This document shows positions 13,644-23,200 of a stretch of DNA of 64,000 bases, in pieces. The notes under the pieces are model-generated. The model searched no databases. It saw only the letters and a program-made list of their open reading frames with translations, and was not told the origin of the DNA. This DNA is from the human T2T-CHM13v2.0 reference genome, Homo sapiens: assembly GCF_009914755.1 (NCBI RefSeq), contig NC_060926.1. One strand, 5' to 3'. The position numbers were made by a program, and so were the translations under genes. Position 1 is the first letter of the stretch, and each line of letters opens with the position of its first letter.

Positions 13644-14943
13644 CTCATATCCAGATTCACCCCATTACAATTCATTATCTATAGGTTGTCATGTTGGTTT
13701 TCCGAAATCACAATGCATGTCACCCTTCTGCTCAAAAACTTTTACTGGATGTCCTTCAGCAAAGAGAGTGTCATCTTTTTACTCTGACATTCGAGCCCTC
13801 TGCAGTACTATAGATCTGCCTTTCCAGTCCTCTCTCCTTACCTTTCCTGTGCTTTGGCTAAACTAGATAATCCAGTGTCCTTACAACACACCCAACTATC
13901 ATTCTTTACTCGTCTTCTTCCTAGACCACCCTCTCTCTCATCTGTTTATTAAAGTCAATGTATATTCGAGATCCATTTCAATCTTTTCTATAAAAATCCC
14001 CTGATTCACAACTTTCCTCTTTTAAATCCCTCATAGTACTTTGGTTATATCCACCATGAGAAAACACGTTTCACCTTTGACAGATAAATGGGCAGACAGA
14101 CCTCCAGGAACTGCATCTTATTGATCTCTGTCTCCTCTATAGAGCCACTGCACAGTGCCTTACACATAGAGGTGTTTTATCAATGCACACTGAACCAGAC
14201 ACGTAGCCCTGCCTCCATTCTTTCTTCTTGCCATAACGTCATTTTAATAATCATCTAATGATAATGGCAGCTTTTCTCTACAGGACATTAAAGGTTGCAG
14301 AACTCTCATATATGTTATTTCAACTGATTTTCATGAAAAGTCCTGCAAGGCAGGCAGGATAGATATTATCTCCATTTCATAGGTAAGAGAACTGAGGCTT
14401 GCAGAGGTGAAATAAGTTGCACTGAGTACAAGCAAATAAAAAATGTAGCTATTAATTGAACCAGAGAAGTATCCAGATATGCAGTAGAAGACCTAAGAAG
14501 GGAGCAGGCAAAGTCCAAGTCCCCACAAGGATCCCTTGTTCTTCAAACTTTATTCAGTACAACAAAGACATTCTGAGCTCATCAGGGGCCCTTTGTATGA
14601 GGGACACTGGTCAAGGAACTGGGCAGTGGGTACCATGTGACTGCACAATCATTTTGGATTTGTGGCTATTTTTTTTTCTTTTCAGCACTAGATAGATATC
14701 AACAAATAAGCACTGGGAATCTTGGACTCCCTCTTTCCCTCCAAATTAAGCCACAATTCCAGGCCTCCTTTCAGTTTGAACACTCACTAAATTTTTGCTG
14801 CTTATAGCTCATCAGGGAAACTCTTGCAGAACTATTCCTGGAACTATTCCATGTGGTGCCTTGGGATTTGAGTCTAATTTCCATGTTTCTCTCACTCTCA
14901 AAACTGACCCCTCATTTATCCACTCATTTATTCGCTCACCCAC

Positions 14944-14971
14944 CCATCCATCCATCCATCCATCCATCCAT
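14944..14971. repeat. (CCAT)n microsatellite
   Basis: About 7 tandem CCAT units. Confidence 0.85.
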
Positions 14972-15597
14972 TATCCAACAGACTTTCCTTGAGTACCAGA
15001 TTCATACACTACCGTATTATAGCTCCATAGACTCTTTCTCACTCTTCAGTTCAGTACAGAAGAATATTGTTAAGGCTATGTGTTTCCTTTTCCAGGTAAC
15101 GCCTGTGCATTTTAACAGTGGGCTTCACCAAGAGAATGTGAAGCTTTATGAAAGAATGGTGGAGGTTGAAGGATTTTTGAATTAAAAAAGGAGGTCTTTT
15201 CCAAATAGACCTCATGTAGGATTTGGGAGGTGGTGACCTCCAATTTCTTATTGCCCCCAAGTTACACTCTTCTTTGCTCTTCAGTGTCATGGAAAAGAAT
15301 GCGCTGTTTTATATCTACCCTTGTCAGTAATATGAGTGCAAGTTTTGTTGCACAGGTTTTTTGCAGCTTTCTCTTTCTAGAGCTCAGCTTGGAGGCTCTG
15401 ACTGGATATTGCCAGTGTTTAAAATCAGAGTTTGAAGTGAGTGGATGTGGCAGGAGAAACCCTTGGGTTTTTACTACACTTGGGATTGTTGGATATTATA
15501 TTTGGAAAAATAAGGATGCTTAAGAGCCTAAAGAGCATACATGTATGCTGGGTCACAGAATTGTTAGGAATCTACATCTCCACCCCTCCTCTCCCAA

Positions 15598-15666
15598 TCA
15601 TACTTTCTTGGCCTTGAATGGATCCTGGCAGAGCTCCAGGGAGACATCTGGGGTCCGTATTGCCAT
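15598..15666 (-). CDS. 22-aa small ORF MAIRTPDVSLELCQDPFKAKKV (candidate micropeptide)
   Basis: ATG at 15666 with G at +4, TGA at 15600-15598; too short for the ORF track. Confidence 0.4.
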   Translation of the reverse strand: MAIRTPDVSLELCQDPFKAKKV

Positions 15667-15950
15667 GAAGCCCCTGGGGCTAGGACTCCCTAGCCATTCC
15701 TTCTCCACTCCTGGCAGGCTGAGTGAAATAAAGGACTTGTTATTTCATCTCGAGGCCTACCGGAGAGCCTTGCCTTGCAAAGGCAGACAGTCAGTGAGGA
15801 AGACTATGTGGCACATGAAGACACCAGAGGTGTTCCTCAGGATCAAAGTATGTACAAGCCTTTGTGAATATTTTTTCCTTCTCACTTGGCAAATACAATT
15901 CCTGAGATCAATAACCTCGTCTTTTTAATTTTTTCCTCGTCTTTTTAACT

Positions 15951-16470
15951 ATTTATAAAATATTGAATTATAAAATATGTAATTATAAATACTTTAATTA
16001 TAAAATATGTAATTATAAATACTTTAATTATAAAATATGTAATTATAAATACTTTATAAAATATGTAATTATAAAATATGTAATTATAAACATTTTAATT
16101 ATAAAATATGTAATTATAAACATTTTAATTATAAAATATGTAATTATAAACATTTTAATTATAAAATATGTAATTATAAACATTTTAATTATAAAATATG
16201 TAATTATAAACATTTTAATTATAAAATATTTAATTATAAACATTTTAATTATAAAATATTTAATTATAAATATTTTAATTATAAAATATTTAATTATAAA
16301 TATTTTAATTATAAAATATTTAATTATAAATATTTTAATTATAAAATATTTAATTATAAATATTTTAATTATAAAATATTTAATTATAAATATTTTAATT
16401 ATAAAATATTTAATTATAAATATTTTAATTATAAATATTTTAATTATAAAATATTTAATTATAAAAACAC
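15951..16470. repeat. APOB 3' hypervariable AT-rich minisatellite (3'VNTR/HVR), about 35 x 15-bp units; known matrix-attachment region
   Basis: Alternating AATTATAAAATATTT / AATTATAAATATTTT units and variants. I count 33 internal units (one only 11 bp) plus two degenerate flanking units. Confidence 0.97.
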
Positions 16471-16647
16471 AATTACCTCATCTTTTTAAATATTTTTGCA
16501 AAATATTTCCCTCCATAATTTCTCCGTTTCCATTTTTATTCTGTTACTTAAATCACACTATGTGTTCTAGAGGTTTTGCTGTGCCAGAACATTTTATCAA
16601 TGCCCTCGTTTCACTGTCTTTCAATACAAATGAGCCACATTCAGTGG

Positions 16648-16948
16648 TATGATACACAATAAAGACTCCATTTATTTGTTCCTCCTCCCCCAAGTTTAGC
16701 AAAATAACTCAGATCCTGATTTTCTTTAACTTGCAAAAAATGCCATCCTTCTGAGTTCAGAGACCTTCCGAGCCCTGGTGCCAGCTTTGGTGCAGGTCCA
16801 GTTCATATGTGCTTCTGCTTATAGTCTACTGCCTACTGCAAGGCTGGCTCACTGTATGGTTTTATCAATATAGGCAGTTTGAATTTTTTCTGTGCTATGT
16901 GAAAGTTCAATTGGAAAAGAAGAATAAATGAAGATTTCTTTTAAAAAA
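16648..16948 (-). other. APOB: APOB 3' UTR (about 300 nt)
   Basis: Runs from the stop codon to about 23 nt past AATAAA. Confidence 0.85.
16671..16676 (-). terminator. APOB polyadenylation signal AATAAA
   Basis: TTTATT on the + strand, about 275 nt after the stop codon. Confidence 0.9.
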
Positions 16949-18553
16949 TTAGAGGATGATAGTAAGTTCTCCTGGAGCAAGCTTCATGTAGGGGTTCATG
17001 ACTGTGGTTGATTGCAGCTTTTTCAGTAACTCCGTGATGTATATCAGAAATGTGTGGTAGTTTTGAATGGACAGGTCAATCAATCTTTTGGATTCAGCAA
17101 TAAATTTTTCATAGTAATCAGAGAGTTGGTCTGAAAAATCTTGCAGTTTATATCTAAACTGCTGGTGGTAATCAGAAATTATTTTCTTCGTCGCAATGGC
17201 CTGGCTTTTAATTATTTCCTGAGCAGTGGCAGAAAGCTCTGCAATCTTCTCTTTCCCTTTTCCATCTGGATCGGTAAGGATGCTAAGATATTCCTGAATA
17301 TTTCTGTGCAGAAATTGCTCAACTTGACTTGAGAGTTGGGAAGTAAAGTTAGAGGCACTGACAATATATTCAGAATGGAAGTCCTTAAGAGCAACTAACA
17401 GGTTCTTGATCAGACTGACTATCTTTTCTTCAAGTTCATAATATTTCACTGTCCAGCCAACTATACTTGGATCAAAATATTCTTCACGAAGGGCCATAAT
17501 GTATTGATGGATCTGCTGTAACTCTTGAGAAGCTTCCTGAAGCTCGTTTTGAATAAATTCATTGAACTTATGAAGATTAAGGCATAGGTTTTCTTTCAAC
17601 AATTTAAAAACATATGGGATATAATCACTGAAGATTGTGTTGATCTCATCTTGGATATAATTAATAAGATAAGTAAATTTCATCTCTTTCAGCTGTTTAA
17701 TGTTATCTTCTATTAGTTGGAAAATGAATTGTAAAAGGTCCTGAAGATTACGTAGCACCTCTGTGGTCTTGAGAGACTGAATGGCTTTAAATACCTCTTG
17801 GGCTTCTTTTGATAAATCTTTCAACAGTTCCCTATACATCGAGATTACATCTATTAGTTTATGTTTCCTTAACTCGAAAGGAAGTGTAATCACTAGGTCT
17901 TGGAAATAGGAAAACAGTATTTCTGAACCATTATGGACTTTCGAATATACCTGGGACAGTACCGTCCCTACCTCCCTTATGAACATAGTGCAAAGTTCCT
18001 CCCTAGTGTATATCCCAGGTTTCCCCGGAAACTGGAATCTGGGGAAGTTCAGAAAATCAATGAGTGAGTCAATCAGATGCTTGACTTTCATATGGAATTC
18101 TTGAGTAACTCGTACCAAGCCATCAAACACGTTATCCTTGAGTCCCTGGAAACTGGCTTGGCCTTCCTGAGTCAACAGTTCCTGGTACAGATTCTGGGCC
18201 TTGTCCTTCCACTCTTGGTAGGTCCCAGTGGTGCCACTGGCTGCTTTCTGGAACCTCACGTCGATATCATCAATTTGCCTAATGGCCCCTTGATAAACCC
18301 ACTCAGCATTGTTCTGCAGATTTCTTCTCAGCTTTGAAGACACTTCTCTCAGGGTGAGCCCTGTGTGTTCCCAGTGGTACTTGTTGACATAATCATAAAG
18401 GACCCCTGTGGCCTTGGGCACGTTGTCTTTCAGAGAGGTTAGCAAGCCAGAAGCTGCCTCTTCTTCCCAATTAACTTTGATCTGAGTTTCCTCATCAGAT
18501 TCCCGGACCCTCAACTCAGTTTTGAATATGGTGAGTTTTTTATCTGGAGAGGA
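16949..18553 (-). CDS. APOB: APOB exon 29 coding part
   Basis: 1,605 nt to TAA; ORF 16949..18514 ends GELTIIL. Confidence 0.97.
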   Translation of the reverse strand, partial: SSPDKKLTIFKTELRVRESDEETQIKVNWEEEAASGLLTSLKDNVPKATGVLYDYVNKYHWEHTGLTLREVSSKLRRNLQNNAEWVYQGAIRQIDDIDVRFQKAASGTTGTYQEWKDKAQNLYQELLTQEGQASFQGLKDNVFDGLVRVTQEFHMKVKHLIDSLIDFLNFPRFQFPGKPGIYTREELCTMFIREVGTVLSQVYSKVHNGSEILFSYFQDLVITLPFELRKHKLIDVISMYRELLKDLSKEAQEVFKAIQSLKTTEVLRNLQDLLQFIFQLIEDNIKQLKEMKFTYLINYIQDEINTIFSDYIPYVFKLLKENLCLNLHKFNEFIQNELQEASQELQQIHQYIMALREEYFDPSIVGWTVKYYELEEKIVSLIKNLLVALKDFHSEYIVSASNFTSQLSSQVEQFLHRNIQEYLSILTDPDGKGKEKIAELSATAQEIIKSQAIATKKIISDYHQQFRYKLQDFSDQLSDYYEKFIAESKRLIDLSIQNYHTFLIYITELLKKLQSTTVMNPYMKLAPGELTIIL

Positions 18554-19487
18554 CTAAACAGAGAGAAAAAAAAAAATAACATGTTTTCAATTACTCCAAT
18601 TACACAATATAGTACACTAAAACTTCATTAGCAGTTAAAAATAAAGATCAGAGAATCTTTCATATACTGAAAGGGATTTATCTTTCATATGTCAGTTCAT
18701 GTGTTTGTTTTATGGTTAAATAAGTCTACTGTTGTTAATTTCTCTTTATCACATGCCCCAGAAAGGATTTAACAAAAACGCTTGCTGTTTGTCATTTACA
18801 TTGTGACACTTAAAATTAAAGCCTTCCTAGGACTGAAAACTGGAAGAGGAGTGGGGGGAAGAGAAAGAAGAGGAGAGAGAAGAAGAGTCAGGAAATGACA
18901 GATAGGAAAAGAAGAAATAGCAAAAAAGGCAAGTTGGAGCCCACCCTGCAGAGACCCAGAATCCCAACATCAGTACGCATTCTCCAAGCCCATGACAAAC
19001 TTTTAGTAACAGTCATAGAACCATGTTTGGTCTTCTCCTCTGGTAATGTCACCCTTGATTTGGCCCTGGCAGAGCTTGTAAATGACATGAGAGGAATTTG
19101 ATGTATCTCATCTAGCAATTCTATTGTGGGGAAGAATTTTAAAGTTTTAAATACTACAGAAACCAGTCCTCTCTGAAAAATATACCCTGCCTATGGCTGA
19201 GCTTGCCTATGATTTAGATGATGAGGTATAACCCTCATCTTCCTGGATTTGCCCAGAATTAATAAATAATAGTGCTGATGGGATGTCATGTGTGCATCTA
19301 AACATTAAAATCAATCAAGGACTCATTGTAATACTTTCTAGAGAATATTTCCTCAGAGAAGAAGTTGCTTACCGCCTGTCTTTCACCTAGTTTGGGGAAT
19401 CTCTGAATATTTGGTCCTGAATTAAATGTATCTGCCCCAATTCTCCACTCGCTCTTGGGGGCGTGTCACTCATTAGGTGGTATTTAC

Positions 19488-19671
19488 CTGAGGGCTGTAG
19501 TAGAAGTTCCATTTAGAAAAGTCGTCATCTTCATCCATATCCATGCCCACGGTGCCTACGGCTGGGGAGGCTGCTGAGGTGGAGATGCCTTTCTTGTCTT
19601 TCTGGTAGCGCAGATGGAGATCGGTGAACGCTGGGCTTTTGATATTGAGGTGCGCTTTTCCTTCCCATTCC
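19488..19671 (-). CDS. APOB: APOB exon 28
   Basis: 184 nt; EWEGKAHLNIKSPAFTDLHLR...YYSPQ. Confidence 0.96.
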
Positions 19672-19779
19672 CTGAAAGCAGAAAAACAGATGAGCTATCA
19701 CGAAAGGGGTATGGAGATGAAGAAAATCACAATGAGTTTTCAAAAGGTATAAGGTTTCAATTCAATAAAAGCTCCATAC

Positions 19780-19894
19780 TGAAGTCCTTCATATTTGCCA
19801 TCTTCTTCATATTCTGCACTGAAGTCACGGTGTGCAAATGTTCCTTTAGTCTTAGAGGCTAACGTACCATCTTCGATTTTGTGTGTTCCCAAAA
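19780..19894 (-). CDS. APOB: APOB exon 27
   Basis: 115 nt; LGTHKIEDGTLASKTKGTFAHRDFSAEYEEDGKYEGL. Confidence 0.96.
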
Positions 19895-20298
19895 CTGTAT
19901 AGGAGAGATTTTGTATTTTATTAGATTCATAACAGTAGGACGTTGATGTTTTCATTGTGAAAACTGGGAGAATTCTATCCTAACCAGATATTTCACTTGT
20001 GTTTAAAATATGCAATGTACAGCTCACACTTATTTTAAAATAAATAGTTAAAAGACATTGTTAGTCCTAAAATAATTACAGAAAAATCCATTTTCTTTAA
20101 AGCTGTTTGTCTTGAATGACACTAGATTTTCTACAGTTTGGTTTTTACGTGTAGGGTATACATGTATCTCTTTTCTTACTTAAAATTTTGTGACATTGAG
20201 TAATTGTACATCTACTCACAACTAAATACATAATTATTTACTCATAACTCTCATTGAAAATATACAGTATCTAGGAGAGGAGGCAGGATATTTCTTAC

Positions 20299-23200
20299 CA
20301 TTTAGTTCATATTCTAGGAACTGTACGGTTGAGCTGCATGTGGAATCCAGGACTGTTTCAACATAATCTGCTTTGTTTTTCAAACTGGCACTCCAAGTGG
20401 CATTATACACGGGAGAGTCTACCTCAAAGCGTGCAGTCAGTGCTTGAAAGGAAGGAATGACAATTCCAGCAGGTACAGAGAACTTAATGGAGGGAATCTC
20501 AATGGTCTGCTCAGGCACGATGATGGTGGGCAACTCAAAGTCTGCGATCTTGTTGGCTACTGCATTTAGATCCAAAGCAGCAATGCCATCTGAAACACTT
20601 TTTGGAAGCGTGAACTGGGACACAGTTAACTGAGATTCAGGCACGGTTATCTCAAAAAAGGGAATCAAGGAGTCTTCTGGTTGAGAATATTTTGTTAACA
20701 CATCAACTTCAGGGAATTTTACCTCGGGGAGTGTTGGTAGGTTGAGGGCAAATGATGAAGTTCTCAGCTTCTTATAGATTTGTATTTCTCTGAAGTCAAG
20801 TTTGCACGATGGAACCTGAAGATCTGTAAATGGGACATGGAACGTAGGCATGACAAGAACTGAATTTAGATCATTTAGTTTCAGCCCAGGAATAATGAAT
20901 TTATCAGCCAAAACTTTTACAGGGATGGAGAATGAATAGCCATTGGGGTTTTTGGTGTACACAAAGGCAGTTGAAACACGAAGATGCTGTCTCCTACCAA
21001 TGCTGGTGGTTACATCCAGCTTTAGGAAATCCCATAAGCTCTTGTCATAGACTGGTAGGATGATATTTTTGAGGAACCTTAGGTGTCCTTCTAAGGATCC
21101 TGCAATGTCAAGGTGTGCCTTTTCTTGGTCATTGGAAAGCTCGACCTGGCTCTGGAAAGACCCAGAATGAATCCGGACTTCATTTTTCCATCTGATCTTC
21201 TGGTTCTTAGTGTTAGCATTCAGGGCCACTTCCTGGCCAAGGTCAGGGAAATCATGGAAGGAACTGGGCTGACTTGCATGGACCTGAACAAGAGCTGACA
21301 TTTGCCATGGAGAGAGTTCCAGGGTGGCTTTGCTTGTATGTTCTCCGTTGGTGAAAAAGAGGCCCTCTAGCTGTAAGTGGTTTTTCGTACTGTGCTCCCA
21401 GAGGGAATATATGCGTTGGAGTGTGGCTTCTCCAGCAAAATTTTCTTTTACTTCAAGGTTCCAGATATCATCAATTTTGGAAGTGCCCTGCAGCTTCACT
21501 GAAGACCGTGTGCTCTTGGAATTCAAGTAAGTGTTGGCCTCACTAGCAATAGTTCCTGAATATTCCCGAGAAAGAACCGAACCCTTGACATCTCCTTTGG
21601 TAGATGACTCAATGGAAAAGTAAGAGGTGAGGCTTTCCAAGCTAAGCTTGTGGTCAACTGCTCCTTTAGCGGTAGAGTACAGCATTGAAGAATTGAAATC
21701 ATACTTAAATTCCATGGAGGAAGAGACAGTAGGTTTTGACTTGGTATTTCCATTAAGTTCTTGCTTGAAATTCATTCTCAAAATTGGAATTTGGGCTTTT
21801 GTGGTTGTTGCCACTGACACTTCCATATTTTTCGTGGTTAAGCTCACAGTACTGTTATGACTACCCTCCACAAATTTGTTGCTCAGAGACAGAGCTGTGG
21901 CTAACTTCAATCCCCTTTTTCTTGTCAATCTTGTGGTGCCCTCTAATTTGTACTGCAGTGCATCAATGACAGATGAAGATGAAGAAAGGAGATGAGCAAC
22001 AATATCTGACTGGTTAAAAAGTTCAGCATTGGTATTCAGTGTGATGACACTTGATTTAAAGGAGAAATCATAGGTAATATTGCCCATGGCAGGAATAAAA
22101 ATATGGCTTATGGTACACAATTCCTTGAAATCTGGAAGAGAAAGCTTGAGATTTCTAGGGACATGAAGGACTGGCAGCTCTAATGATGGCAGGATTAATG
22201 TGTATGAAGGCACACGGACGTCAGAACCTAGGATGGAGAAACTAGGCATGCTGACTGCTTTTGGGAACACATAGCCGAATGCCGACATCTCTATGGTGAA
22301 TGGAGACACTTCAACATTGACAACTGGAACAGTGTATCCAGGAATTTGAAAGGTCCTGGGGAGCTCGTCGTGAGATTTTTCAGCTTTGTACTTATCAAAC
22401 TTAATTTTTGTTTCATTATAGGATTTGGTGACAAAATCTAATGCATTGTTTCTGTTTTTTTCAAAATGCCTGTCAAAGGATTTGATGCTCTGACTGATAA
22501 ACTCACAAAGCACAGCCAAAGGATTTGTGATGGAATGCCTGTGTTTGTTTTTCTTATACTGAGCTTTTACACTTAAATCAAATGATTGCTTTGTCGTTTT
22601 CAAGAATTCCTTCAAGCCTGTTTTTTCCCATAGAGAGAAATCTTTCAGTGGAGGAGTTGTGATTATTGTGTAAGGTAGACGCATTTCAGGAATTGTTAAA
22701 GGAATGTTTAAGAAATCCAGATTTGCTTCTCCATTTATTCCTACATGGGCCTCCATAATGTTCTCGTTGTTTCCAGCAGAGAAATTTTGGTTGTACTTAT
22801 ACTGATTGAACCTAGCACTTACTTGCCAACTTGCTTGCTGGGCACTGGGACTCAGAAACAGTGCATAGTTATTCAGGAAGTCTATCTTCCCTGTTAACCT
22901 TAATGGAAAACGAACTTTCAAATTCCCTTCATTGTTTGTGGATGCCGTGATCTCAAATGGCTGGGCTGAAAAGAAAAGAGAATTTTTCAAAGTTCCAATA
23001 ACCTTTCCATTTAAATGAGCATCATGCCTCCCAGTAAACTCTGCCTTCCCTTCTCCAAACAGTGCCATGCCTTTAGCAGTTAGAACACTGTGGCCCACAT
23101 GCTGGGAATCGACTTGTGATTGAATTTCAAGTTTAGAAAAGTTGAGGGAGCCAGATTCATAAACCAAGTTTTGGTTTACTCTTAGGTGTTTGCTATTGAT

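Larger units (their letters stand above)
14532..15950 (-). ncRNA. Putative downstream/read-through transcript (probably lncRNA AC115619.1); ends approximate
   Basis: Minus-strand AATAAA at 14549-14554 about 2.1 kb past the APOB polyA site. Position agrees with my recollection of a liver lncRNA just 3' of APOB; not verifiable from sequence alone. Confidence 0.4.

Noticed and set aside
15951-16470. Regular array resembling CRISPR
   Set aside because: No unique spacers; it is a known human minisatellite
15963-16652. 229-aa ORF of IIKYVIINIL repeats and the antisense 66-aa MFIITYFIIK ORF
   Set aside because: Artefacts of the 15/30-bp VNTR periodicity
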